Of a stretch of DNA of 64,000 nt, positions 28,158 to 41,049 are shown one piece after another. The position numbers were made by a program, and so were the translations under genes. Source of the DNA: an uncultured Christensenellaceae bacterium (GTDB lineage Bacteria; Bacillota; Clostridia; Christensenellales; Borkfalkiaceae). Every line of letters begins with the position of its first letter. Position 1 is the first letter of the stretch. Location: positions 19,254 to 83,253 of the forward strand of contig CAJUOV010000008.1 in the NCBI GenBank assembly GCA_910588695.1, in the 5' to 3' direction. The notes beneath the pieces were generated by a model. That model ran no database searches, had not been told where the DNA came from, and saw only the letters and a program-made list of their open reading frames with translations.

Positions 28158-30329
28158 TCAACTTAAATTCGCAGGATTTTCTTCGACCCAAACAAGAACG
28201 TTTTTCGGTTTGACCTCTGCGCAAGCCGCGTATATTTCTTTGAGAACCGAAGCGTCGGTAAGACGCATCAACACCTGATAGCGAAAACTGTTCTTGATAT
28301 ATTTGATGGGCGCATGCATTTTATTGAAGATAAGAAAACTCTCGCTGTGTTCCCGATATACCCCGTTCAGCCTGTCGTACACTTCTTTCAAAGCGGAGAG
28401 CGTCTCTTTTTCGTTTCCGCCCGAGACCATCACGCGCACAATCTTTGCAAAGGGCGGAAACATCGTCGCGGCGCGCATTGCGATTTCGTGTTCGTAGAAA
28501 CCCTCGTAATCATACTGCGTCGCAAAACGGAGAATGTAATTGTCGGGATCGAAGGTCTGCAAAACCACCTCCCCTTTTTCCTCCGCCCTGCCGCTTCTGC
28601 CCGCGACCTGCGTGACAAGCTGAAAGGTGCGCTCCCCGCTGCGATAATCCGAAAAATGCAGACTCATGTCGGCGTCCAAGATTCCTACAAGAGTGACGGC
28701 GGGAAAGTCGTGCCCTTTGGCTACCATTTGGGTTCCCACAAGAATGTCCGCCTTACGTTCGGAAAACTGTTTTAAGATCTTATAATGCCCCTCTTTTCCG
28801 TTCGTCGTATCGTTATCCATTCTCAAAATACGCGCCGAGGGATAGAGGCTTTTCAACTCGCCCTCGATCTTCTGCGTACCCGTGCCGACATAGCGGATAT
28901 GCGTTCCGCCGCACTCGGGACAGGCGGGAAGCATATGGTATTTCGCGCCGCAATAATGGCATTTGAGACAATTCTCTTCGCTGTGGTAGGTGAGCGATAC
29001 GTCACAGTTCTCGCACTTGGCGACATAGCCGCAATCGCGGCAAATGACCGTTTGAGAATATCCTCTGCGGTTCAGAAAGAGAATCGCCTGATTTCCGCCT
29101 TCAAGACAACGCTCGAGCTTTTCTTTGAGCATGCGGGAAAAGGGAGAGGGATTTCCGCGCCGTACTTCCCGCCGCATATCCACGATGTTCACGTCTGGCA
29201 TAGGACGCGCATTGATGCGGTTCGTGAGTTTCACAAGGTGATACTCCCCGTTTTTCGCCTTCATATAGGTTTCGACAGAGGGCGTTGCGCTTCCCAAAAT
29301 GAGCTTGCAACCGTTGCGCTTCGCGCGCAGCAACGCGACGTCGAACGTATTGTAGCGCGGCGAACTCTCGGAAGAATAGCTGCCGTCGTGCTCCTCGTCG
29401 ATGATGATGACCCCGATATTTTCGACGGGTGCAAAAACCGCGCTTCGCGCGCCGATCGCGATCTTTGCGTCTCCCTCGCGAAGCCGCATCCACTCGTCGA
29501 AGCGTTCCCCTGCCGAGAGCCCGCTGTGAAGAATCGCGGCGCTTCTCCCGAAGCGCGCGCGGAGTTGGGAGAGCATTTGCGGCGTTAAAGAAATTTCGGG
29601 CACCAGAAAGATCGCGCTCCGTCCCGCGCGGAGTTCCTCCGCGATCATCGTAAGATAGATTTCCGTCTTTCCGCTGCCCGTCACGCCGTGCAGAAGCGTG
29701 ACCGCCTCTTGACTGTTTCGGATCGAAGCGACCGCCGTTCTTTGCGCGGGGGTCAGAATATGTTCGGTTTTTTCACCCGCGACCTGCCGATACGGATCGC
29801 GGAAACGCCGCCGCTTCTCCTCAACGATCCCGCCCTTTTCAATAAGCGAACGGAACGCCGCCGCGCCGAACTTGTCGCGCAATATACAGCTTTCCGTTTC
29901 GCCGTTTTCTTTCAGATACGCCAACAGAGCGATCTGTTGGATCGCGCGGGGCGAAAGCGAAACATCTTTGCCCGTTAAATCCGCAAAGCCCTGATAGACT
30001 TCCCCCACCTTTCCCGTGCGCATTTCGGCAGGGAGAAAGAGCCTTAGCGAGAGCGCGAGCGGGCAGCGGTAGCGTTCGGAAATCTTTTTTGCGAGAGACA
30101 GACACTCCTCCGTCAGCGCCGGAAAATCCTCCTCCGCGCGAAATACTTTTTTCAGTTTGTCTTTGGGAACGGAAGTCTCCTCTTTCACGCGCATGACAAA
30201 ACCCGTCGCCGCGCTTCTTCCGAAGGGCACGGCGACGCGCATTCCCGCCTTTAAGGTATCGTCGCAAGCGTAATCGAATATTTTGTCCACGTCGCTGTGG
30301 GCGATGTCTACGATGACCTCCGCAATCAT
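28158..30329 (-). CDS. priA: Primosomal protein N' (replication restart helicase PriA)
   Basis: GVTGSGKTE Walker A, DEEHD, and the Cys-rich Zn-binding insert (CRDCGYVAKCENC...CHYCG...CPECGG). Confidence 0.95.
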   Translation of the reverse strand: MIAEVIVDIAHSDVDKIFDYACDDTLKAGMRVAVPFGRSAATGFVMRVKEETSVPKDKLKKVFRAEEDFPALTEECLSLAKKISERYRCPLALSLRLFLPAEMRTGKVGEVYQGFADLTGKDVSLSPRAIQQIALLAYLKENGETESCILRDKFGAAAFRSLIEKGGIVEEKRRRFRDPYRQVAGEKTEHILTPAQRTAVASIRNSQEAVTLLHGVTGSGKTEIYLTMIAEELRAGRSAIFLVPEISLTPQMLSQLRARFGRSAAILHSGLSAGERFDEWMRLREGDAKIAIGARSAVFAPVENIGVIIIDEEHDGSYSSESSPRYNTFDVALLRAKRNGCKLILGSATPSVETYMKAKNGEYHLVKLTNRINARPMPDVNIVDMRREVRRGNPSPFSRMLKEKLERCLEGGNQAILFLNRRGYSQTVICRDCGYVAKCENCDVSLTYHSEENCLKCHYCGAKYHMLPACPECGGTHIRYVGTGTQKIEGELKSLYPSARILRMDNDTTNGKEGHYKILKQFSERKADILVGTQMVAKGHDFPAVTLVGILDADMSLHFSDYRSGERTFQLVTQVAGRSGRAEEKGEVVLQTFDPDNYILRFATQYDYEGFYEHEIAMRAATMFPPFAKIVRVMVSGGNEKETLSALKEVYDRLNGVYREHSESFLIFNKMHAPIKYIKNSFRYQVLMRLTDASVLKEIYAACAEVKPKNVLVWVEENPANLS

Positions 30330-30344
30330 GATTATCCCTTATTG

Positions 30345-30370
30345 AAACAGCCCCGAAACGGGGCTGTCTC
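30345..30370 (-). terminator. Hairpin between rpoZ and priA (possible partial terminator)
   Basis: acagcccc-gaaac-ggggctgt. Only a short T-run follows on the minus strand. Confidence 0.4.
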
Positions 30371-30400
30371 CGATTTTCCGATCGTAAGCTCGTAAAACGA

Positions 30401-30628
30401 TCAGTCGCGGCTTCCGTAAATTTTACCGCTCATGACCTCGTTGCAGGCAAGCACCAATTCCTTTTGCCTGCCGGGGAGCTCGGACGCTCCCGTCGACTGC
30501 ATCTGTTCGATGATCTGACGGGTACGTTTCGAAACCACGACGCACAGTTCGTAGCGACTCACGGGCATATCCTCCGATCCGAGTTTTCTGACAAGCGCGT
30601 CTACCGAGGGTTCGTTTATCATAATCAA
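30401..30628 (-). CDS. rpoZ: DNA-directed RNA polymerase subunit omega
   Basis: 75 aa containing SRYELCVVVSKRTRQI. It keeps the conserved position after gmk. Confidence 0.85.
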   Translation of the reverse strand: MIMINEPSVDALVRKLGSEDMPVSRYELCVVVSKRTRQIIEQMQSTGASELPGRQKELVLACNEVMSGKIYGSRD

Positions 30629-31200
30629 AGTCTCCTTTTGCTTTTTTCCGTTTCTATAATATCTTTCAAGCGGTTTTTCGCCGCATCCAGCTCATCGTTG
30701 ACGAGCAGATAATCGTAATCTACGCTCTTCGAAAGTTCGTATCTCGCCCGATCAAGCCGCGTTTTAAGCTCTTCTTCCGATTCCGAAGCCCGTCCCGCAA
30801 GCCTGTCTATTAGCGTCTCTTCGTTCGGCGGCGCAATCATAATAAGTACGGGAGAAATTCCGCTGCCTTTGAGCGCCTCTCTGACCTGCATCGCGCCTCT
30901 GACGTCGATTTCGAGGATTACCGATCTCTCTTTGAGCATTTCGAGCACAAACGGCTTGGGCGTCCCGTAAAAATTCCCGAAATGTTCGTCCCATTCGAGA
31001 AAGCCGTTTTCGTCTCTCCGCCGTAAAAATTCTTCTTTGGAGAGGAAGAAATATTCCTTTCCCTCTCTCTCCCCCGCGCGGGGCTGCCGCGTCGTACACG
31101 AAACGGATAGCGCGAGCGAAGAATCTTCTTCAAGCAACAATTTGACAAGCGTCCCTTTCCCTACGCCGGAGGGACCTGAAATAACGAATAGCGTTCCCAT
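30625..31200 (-). CDS. gmk: Guanylate kinase
   Basis: ISGPSGVGKGT P-loop, then TTR.PR.GE..G.EY.F. Confidence 0.95.
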   Translation of the reverse strand: MGTLFVISGPSGVGKGTLVKLLLEEDSSLALSVSCTTRQPRAGEREGKEYFFLSKEEFLRRRDENGFLEWDEHFGNFYGTPKPFVLEMLKERSVILEIDVRGAMQVREALKGSGISPVLIMIAPPNEETLIDRLAGRASESEEELKTRLDRARYELSKSVDYDYLLVNDELDAAKNRLKDIIETEKSKRRL

Positions 31201-32072
31201 TATTCTATATTCTGAATCTGCTCGCGGATTTTTTCGATTTCGTTTTTCATGGCGAGCGCAAAGCGGGTCACCTCGGAATCATTCGATTTGGAACAGACCG
31301 TATTGCATTCGCGGTTGAACTCCTGCACGAGGAAATCAAGTTTCCGCCCGACGAGCTCTTCTTTTAGAATCGCGTGAAACTCGGCGACGTGCGAAGAGAG
31401 CCTTGTGAGTTCTTCGTCGATATTGCACTTGTCCGAAAATACGGCGGCTTCCGTCAAAATTCTGCTTTCATCCGCCTTTGAATCAAGCAATTCCGAAATG
31501 CGTTCGGTCATCTTTTTGCGGTACTCCTCCGCAACGAGCGGCGCGCGCTCTTTGATCTGCGCCCGAAGTTCATCGACCGCCTGTACGCGACACAGCAAAT
31601 CTTTTTTAAGTCGTTCTCCCTCCGCCAACCGCATTTTCAATAGATTTTCCGTCGCGATACCGAGCGCGGCGGAGAGCGCGTTTTTCAGTTCTTCGTCTTC
31701 GCCCGATTCCTCTTCCTGCTTGACGACGTCGGGCAGACGGAGATAAAACGAAAGGCTCAGATCGTCTTTTACCTCGGGCAGCGCGTCTTTGAGTTTTTTA
31801 GCCGCGGTCTCGTAGGCTCTTGCAATCCCGAGATCGACGTAAAAATTTTTATCGCGTTCTCTCTTGTCCGTGTAAGAAACGAACACATCGACATGCCCGC
31901 GCGATATACGCTCGCGCACCCGCGCCCTGACCATATCTTCGTAAGCGGAAAAAATACGGGGACTCTTGATCGTCAGATCGAGAAAACGGTTGTTGACCGA
32001 TTTCATCTCGACCGTCAATTCGAGTCCGCCTTCGCGGTATTCTCCTTTGCCGTAGCCCGTCATGCTGTACAT
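31200..32072 (-). CDS. yicC: YicC/YloC-family protein
   Basis: MYSMTGYGKGE...SVNNRFLD N-terminus and EFNRE..T..SKS C-terminal motif. Confidence 0.9.
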   Translation of the reverse strand: MYSMTGYGKGEYREGGLELTVEMKSVNNRFLDLTIKSPRIFSAYEDMVRARVRERISRGHVDVFVSYTDKRERDKNFYVDLGIARAYETAAKKLKDALPEVKDDLSLSFYLRLPDVVKQEEESGEDEELKNALSAALGIATENLLKMRLAEGERLKKDLLCRVQAVDELRAQIKERAPLVAEEYRKKMTERISELLDSKADESRILTEAAVFSDKCNIDEELTRLSSHVAEFHAILKEELVGRKLDFLVQEFNRECNTVCSKSNDSEVTRFALAMKNEIEKIREQIQNIE

Positions 32073-32135
32073 AAATTCCGCCTCGCTTGTTACGTTTATT
32101 ATAGCATATTATCCCGAAGTTTACAAGTATTTTTT

Positions 32136-36382
<4,247 letters not shown>

Positions 36383-36390
36383 ACCCGAAA

Positions 36391-36419
36391 ATTATATCAC
36401 ATTTTTTGGGAAACGGCAA
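36391..36419 (-). promoter_or_regulatory. pcrA promoter, only 8 nt from the start codon
   Basis: Reverse strand reads TTGCCG-N17-(TGa)TATAAT, then tttcgggt, then ATG. No SD. Confidence 0.5.
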
Positions 36420-36459
36420 GTATATAACGGTTTTTCTCGTCGCTAATAATATTTACGAA

Positions 36460-36581
36460 GTGCGCGTTTCAGAGCCGAGAAAGACAAGGCGCGCGGAAAG
36501 ACCGAAGGAGTTTACTAAGACGTAAACGACTGAAGGATACCGCAGCGCAACGCAGTATTTCGACGGCTATCAAACACGCAC
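36460..36581. repeat. Imperfect-palindrome intergenic element, copy R1
   Basis: Terminal inverted arms GTGCGCGTTTCAGAGCCG / CGGCTATCAAACACGCAC (15/18 pair). Inner stem GCGCGCGG / CCGC(A)GCGC and apical hairpin GTTTAC-taagac-GTAAAC. It is related to the copies at ~42100-42210 and 43352-43476. Confidence 0.6.
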
Positions 36582-36970
36582 TACCGTCCCTTTATCTCAA
36601 ATTCGTATTCCCTTTTGAACCGTTCCAGCGCGCGCAGATACTTTTCCGAAAGTTCCAAAGTATAACGCTGTTTTTCGGCATAAGACAAACTCATGTAATA
36701 TTCTTTGTCGGTCAGCCGCCCGATCGCGTCGGACACTTCTCCCTCCGACAAAAGCATGTCCCTGACTTTAAGATAAAAACCGTCGGGCGAATCGCCGCGT
36801 ATTTTGGTTGTGACCTTCTCCGCAAAATAGCGTTCCATTTTGCTTTCGTTGATTCCGTTCTCCTTGGCGTGCATGCGTTCGCTTTCAAGCGCTTCTTCGC
36901 ATTCCTTCCAAAATCCCTTTTTCATGCGTAGTTTCGCCTCTTTTGCAAGCGTTTTCAGCGTCTTTTCCAC
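36581..36970 (-). CDS. Hypothetical protein
   Basis: ORF downstream of rpsU. I prefer the GTG at 36970 (AAGGAGG 7 nt upstream). The ATG at 36994 and TTG at 37003 lack an SD and overlap the rpsU terminator. No family recognised. Confidence 0.5.
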   Translation of the reverse strand: MEKTLKTLAKEAKLRMKKGFWKECEEALESERMHAKENGINESKMERYFAEKVTTKIRGDSPDGFYLKVRDMLLSEGEVSDAIGRLTDKEYYMSLSYAEKQRYTLELSEKYLRALERFKREYEFEIKGR

Positions 36971-37000
36971 GAGCGCGCCTCCTTGATTCGACATTTTTCG

Positions 37001-37029
37001 CAAAAAAAATCCGTAACTCTCGTTACGGA
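37001..37029 (-). terminator. Terminator after rpsU
   Basis: ccgtaac-tctc-gttacgg followed on the minus strand by TTTTTTTT. Confidence 0.7.
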
Positions 37030-37035
37030 AAATTT

Positions 37036-37212
37036 TTATCCTCTGTTTCTTTTTCTAGCCGCTTCCGCTTTCTTTCTCTTCTTGACGGAAGGCTTCTCGT
37101 AAAATTCCTTTTTACGAAGGTCGCCGATGATTCCGTCGCGCGAGCACTTTCTCTTAAAACGGCGCAACGCGCTTTCGAGATTCTCGTTCTCTCCGACTTT
37201 GATCGTAGACAT
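37036..37212 (-). CDS. rpsU: 30S ribosomal protein S21
   Basis: Below the ORF-track size cut-off. Reverse-strand ATG at 37212 after GAAGGAGGG gives [58 protein letters not shown] (58 aa). Confidence 0.9.
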   Translation of the reverse strand: MSTIKVGENENLESALRRFKRKCSRDGIIGDLRKKEFYEKPSVKKRKKAEAARKRNRG

Positions 37213-37254
37213 CTATTTCAACCCTCCTTCGCCCTCGGCATTTATTCAACGGAT

Positions 37255-37283
37255 TTATTATAACGATCCCGCGCCCGCTTGTC
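37255..37283 (-). promoter_or_regulatory. rpsU promoter
   Basis: Reverse strand reads TTGACA-N17-TATAAT (perfect consensus). Confidence 0.7.
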
Positions 37284-37309
37284 AAATTATTTCGGGGCGT
37301 TTCGTCATG

Positions 37310-38101
37310 TTATCTGAAAATTTTTTCCGCTTTTTCCAAAAGATACTCGTAAGAATCTTTGAGCTCTTTGATCTCTCGGTAATCTTCGTTATAATTTTCT
37401 ATGATCACCGCCCCGTCAAAGCCGGTATCGCGGAGCCGCTTGAAAAGTTCTTCGAAATCGAAATTTCCCTGTCCCGCAGGTCTTTTCTTGCCTTCATCGT
37501 CGAAATCGCATACGTGAACGTAGGCAAGATCCCGCCCCATTTCGGCGAGATAGTCATAATAAGAATAGCCCGATAACACCGCCTGTTTGACGTCGAGCAC
37601 GCCTGCAAGATCGGGGCAATACCGTTTGAGCGTTCCGAAAACGGCGGGGCGGTTGTATAACGCCCATTCCACGTTTTCAAGGCAAAGCCTTACGCCCCGT
37701 TCTTTGCAAAACGAAGAGATTTGACTGAGCTTTTCACCCGCTTTCGGCAGATTTTCGCGAAAAGTCGACTTTAACCTTGCAAGCCCGTGAAAGGTGTAAT
37801 TTTCCGCCCCGAGAATGCGTGCGGAAGCAAGCACTTTTTCGAGCAGAGAAAACGCGTCGCTCCTTACGCGCGGATGTTCGTTGAAAAGTTGCGGTTCGAA
37901 CTGAGTATTGAGAACATGCACCGAATTGACCGGCATGTCCCCTTTATTTTTGAGAAGAGTTTGTGCAAAACGGGGCTCGTACTCGCTGTACGAAGTCAAA
38001 AACACCTCCGTAGTGCCGATCCCCCATTCGGAGAGGAGCGCAACGGCGTCCTCATTGTAGAGCCGCATAAAGAGAGATGCAGTCGAAATCCCGATTTTCA
38101 T
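37310..38101 (-). CDS. Sugar phosphate isomerase/epimerase (xylose-isomerase-like TIM barrel)
   Basis: 263 aa. The pattern of alternating beta/alpha segments, with HG....NLCLEN..W and a late IEN, is typical of the AP-endonuclease-2/TIM family. Confidence 0.7.
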   Translation of the reverse strand: MKIGISTASLFMRLYNEDAVALLSEWGIGTTEVFLTSYSEYEPRFAQTLLKNKGDMPVNSVHVLNTQFEPQLFNEHPRVRSDAFSLLEKVLASARILGAENYTFHGLARLKSTFRENLPKAGEKLSQISSFCKERGVRLCLENVEWALYNRPAVFGTLKRYCPDLAGVLDVKQAVLSGYSYYDYLAEMGRDLAYVHVCDFDDEGKKRPAGQGNFDFEELFKRLRDTGFDGAVIIENYNEDYREIKELKDSYEYLLEKAEKIFR

Positions 38102-38122
38102 ACAAATTTCCCAAACGCAGAA

Positions 38123-39034
38123 TTACTTACTGATAAAGTTACAGACAATCCCTTCGTCGTAGTCCCCGAAGTTCTTTCCGAACAGGGTGAATCCCCCCTG
38201 CCGTTCGGCGGTTTCCGGAACATAAATCCGGAAACGGATCTGCTTGCCCGCTTCGATCTTATAGTCTCGCAAAGTTTTGTCGCATACTTTGATCCCGCCG
38301 ATATAGGATCCGTCGTCGTTAATCGCGATCCGAACTTTTTTGCCGTATTGTCCGAGATTTCCGAACCACCATGAGGGCGCGGAAGTGCCCGCCCTGTCAT
38401 TATATTCGCCCTTGCTCGTAAAATAGCCTACTTCTACGCCGTTGATCGAAAAGTATACGTCGCTCGGATAGAACGCCGCATATCCGGGCGCTTCCGAAGC
38501 AATCTCAGCCGAAATCTGAAACTCGGAAAGTTTTGTTTCTTCCGTCAAAAAATTGGGAACGAGATATTCCACATATCCGCTTCCGATCCAGAGAATGCCC
38601 GCTTCCGTCCGTTCGGGATAAGAAAAGCAGGCGGGATCGTCAAACCTGCCGATCACTCGTTCGCGCGTGGCAAGTCCGCAGGTGGGAGACACTTCGTAAT
38701 CGACATAACTGCCCACGCCGATTTCCGCCGATTCCACCCGATCGGAAGTTTTGGGCTGTTTTTTGAAATCGATGATTACCTTATCGGTTGCGAGCGAACA
38801 GATTTTCTGCGTGCCCCGCGTGCCCGACGAAGTGGCGATCTCGATCAGCCCCGCCTCGTACAGTTTTTTAACGTGCGCAGTGATAGCGCCGTTCGAAACG
38901 TTGAACTTTTTTGCAAAATAAGCGAGATTGAGTTCCCCGTTCTGCAACAACTCGTCCAGAATACCCAATCTTACCTGCGAAGCCAGCGCGTCGTAAAGAA
39001 TCGCGCCCTGCCGAAAATCTTTCAGATAAATCAT
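38123..39034 (-). CDS. ArsR-family HTH regulator fused to the same C-terminal domain as 5879-6820 (paralog)
   Basis: LYDALASQVRLGILDEL...AYFAKKFNVSNGAITAHVKKL HTH. The C-terminal motifs align along the full length with the paralog at 5879-6820. Confidence 0.75.
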   Translation of the reverse strand: MIYLKDFRQGAILYDALASQVRLGILDELLQNGELNLAYFAKKFNVSNGAITAHVKKLYEAGLIEIATSSGTRGTQKICSLATDKVIIDFKKQPKTSDRVESAEIGVGSYVDYEVSPTCGLATRERVIGRFDDPACFSYPERTEAGILWIGSGYVEYLVPNFLTEETKLSEFQISAEIASEAPGYAAFYPSDVYFSINGVEVGYFTSKGEYNDRAGTSAPSWWFGNLGQYGKKVRIAINDDGSYIGGIKVCDKTLRDYKIEAGKQIRFRIYVPETAERQGGFTLFGKNFGDYDEGIVCNFISK

Positions 39035-39063
39035 AAAACCGCCTCTTCCCCCCGTTCTCAGCC

Positions 39064-39092
39064 ATTATAAAATTTTCGGATGTTTTTGTCAA
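39064..39092 (-). promoter_or_regulatory. Promoter of the second ArsR-type regulator operon
   Basis: Reverse strand reads TTGACA-N17-TATAAT (perfect consensus). Confidence 0.7.
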
Positions 39093-39127
39093 GACAAAAC
39101 GGAATTATTTTAGAAAAAATTAAAATA

Positions 39128-39176
39128 AAATCAACAAAAAAACAAAACGGCGAAAGGGAATCACTTTCGCCGTTTG
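39128..39176 (-). terminator. Terminator after tRNA-Thr(CGU)
   Basis: 12-bp stem aaacggcgaaag / ctttcgccgttt followed on the minus strand by a TTTGTTTTTTTG run. Confidence 0.7.
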
Positions 39177-39178
39177 AA

Positions 39179-39254
39179 TGGAGCTTCCGGCCGGACTTGA
39201 ACCGGCGACCTATTGATTACGAATCAATCGCTCTACCGACTGAGCCACGGAAGC
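39179..39254 (-). tRNA. tRNA-Thr (anticodon CGU), CCA encoded
   Basis: Reverse complement GCUUCCGUGGCUCAGUCGGUAGAGCGAUUGAUUCGUAAUCAAUAGGUCGCCGGUUCAAGUCCGGCCGGAAGCUCCA. The anticodon loop is UUCGUAA. Confidence 0.9.
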
Positions 39255-39341
39255 AAATTACGCTTTTGCGTATGAATTTGTCAAACGCTTTTCTATTATA
39301 AAAAAATCGGTTGCAAAAAGCAAGCGATTTTGAAGTGTTTT

Positions 39342-40247
39342 TCAGATTTTTTTATTTTTCGGCACAAACAGATTCACATGCTTTGCAAGAAGCTCCGCCT
39401 CTATATTTCCGGCATCTCCCCTCTCCCCGTCCAGATCCCAGACCACGCTTTCGTCCGCATAAATAGAAATCCGATCTCCGCTCAAACGCAATAAATGCCT
39501 GTTTGTATTTTTACAGCCGTGCAAAAATAAATGTACGATCTGAAAGAAAGCGCGCACCCGTCCCCAAAAATCAAGCGCTTCGCGCTCGCGCAGAATCGCG
39601 ATCTCCATTCTGCCGTCCCGCATGCTCGCTTCTTTGTTGACGGGAAACCCCGCGACCGATCTTCCGTTCATGATCAGAATGAGAACAGCCCGCTCCCGAC
39701 AGCGTTCTTCCCCGCAGATAACTTCGATCGGAAAAGAATTGAACTTCATATTCTTTTTCAGACATTGCAGCGCATATGCGAGCCATCCGAGCCGCTTTTT
39801 TTTCTTCTGCGGCGTGGAGTAGGTTACGCTCGTGAACGCGCCCGCAGCCGCAATGTACATTGCGTAACCCGTTTTATTGATCCGCATGCAGTCTACTTTT
39901 TCCGACCGACCGTCCGTAATGATCTTCAAAGCCTTTTTCGGATTCTTGGGAATCCCGAGAGAACGGGCGACGTCGTTCGCCGTGCCCGACGGAAGATACC
40001 CTAATGTTGCTTTCTTCTCCCCGATCCCTCCGAGCACGAGATGAAAGCTCCCGTCCCCGCCCGAAAAAATTACGGCGTCGTATACTTCCGCGCTCTCGGA
40101 GGCTTTCTTCCGCATATCTTCCGCGCTCTTCGTTGCATACAAAACCACCTCGTCGTAACGGGTTTTTAACGTGCGTTCTATGAAAGACAGCCGATTTTTG
40201 ATCTTGCCTTTTCCGCTGTTCGGATTGTAAAGAAAGATACATTTCAC
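39342..40247 (-). CDS. Diacylglycerol/lipid kinase family protein (YegS/DagK-like)
   Basis: MKCIFLYNPNSGKGK N-terminus, then the GGDGS and LPSGTANDVA motifs. Confidence 0.85.
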   Translation of the reverse strand: MKCIFLYNPNSGKGKIKNRLSFIERTLKTRYDEVVLYATKSAEDMRKKASESAEVYDAVIFSGGDGSFHLVLGGIGEKKATLGYLPSGTANDVARSLGIPKNPKKALKIITDGRSEKVDCMRINKTGYAMYIAAAGAFTSVTYSTPQKKKKRLGWLAYALQCLKKNMKFNSFPIEVICGEERCRERAVLILIMNGRSVAGFPVNKEASMRDGRMEIAILREREALDFWGRVRAFFQIVHLFLHGCKNTNRHLLRLSGDRISIYADESVVWDLDGERGDAGNIEAELLAKHVNLFVPKNKKI

Positions 40248-40286
40248 GAAACTATTATATCCGATTTTTCCGAATCCGACAAGCGT

Positions 40287-40976
40287 TCAGACAAAATAAT
40301 TGTTCAGGTTCACCGTTTTATCACAGAGCATGGTCTGCAAATAGCGCAAATCTTTTGCAAAGAGCAATCCTTTCGCCAATTCCGAACCTTTTCGCTCAGC
40401 TTCCCTGAGCGCGACGTTCCAGGGGACATAGAACTCCTCCCCGTTGCCTGCGATCAGTCCGTTCAGCGAAGACACGACTCCGACAAGCGCCGCTTTCGCT
40501 TCCTTTTGCGTCAGCTCGCTCCGTTCCAATCCGTTCGCCGTCTCATAGAGCACATGCGCAAAATGATCCACCGTCTCCAAATTGGACTCGATCCCCGATT
40601 TGAACGCGCTTTTTGCGCCGCGGAGCACCAGATCGTCGGGCGTGCGCGCAATGACGCGGGTATCCGTGCCTTTTTCTTGCAGATTTTTACGGACGGATTC
40701 CGCGCTTGATTCTTTGAAATAACAGGCAACCGCAACCGCGTTGTCATCTTTCATAAAATAACCTGCGCCGCCCGACGAATAAATATCGCCCGAGACTGCC
40801 GCCGATGTCGTTTCTTCGCAGTCCTTGACCAGAAAATAATAATCCTTTTTGAAACTGACGCGCGCATATCCCTGACCGCCGACCGCCACGAAGAGAACGA
40901 TCCCCGCCGCAACGCAGACGACGAGAAAAAACGCGACGGCGGCTTTCAGCAATCTGTTTCTAAACCGCAAAATCAT
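40287..40976 (-). CDS. Hypothetical membrane-anchored protein (possible SPOR-like domain)
   Basis: One N-terminal TM helix. It is followed by YYFLV...GGAGYF...ACYFKESSAESVRKNLQEKG, which has a SPOR-like beta-alpha pattern. Weak call. Confidence 0.4.
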   Translation of the reverse strand: MILRFRNRLLKAAVAFFLVVCVAAGIVLFVAVGGQGYARVSFKKDYYFLVKDCEETTSAAVSGDIYSSGGAGYFMKDDNAVAVACYFKESSAESVRKNLQEKGTDTRVIARTPDDLVLRGAKSAFKSGIESNLETVDHFAHVLYETANGLERSELTQKEAKAALVGVVSSLNGLIAGNGEEFYVPWNVALREAERKGSELAKGLLFAKDLRYLQTMLCDKTVNLNNYFV

Positions 40977-40987
40977 GTTTTATTATA

Positions 40988-41026
40988 TGAAAACGCCGTT
41001 CCCTTCATGCTTGGGAAACGGCGTTT
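40988..41026 (-). terminator. Hairpin downstream of tsaD
   Basis: 13-bp stem aaacgccgttccc / gggaaacggcgttt with a short T-run on the minus strand. Confidence 0.5.
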
Positions 41027-41049
41027 GTCAATTCAATTATATTGCGGCT

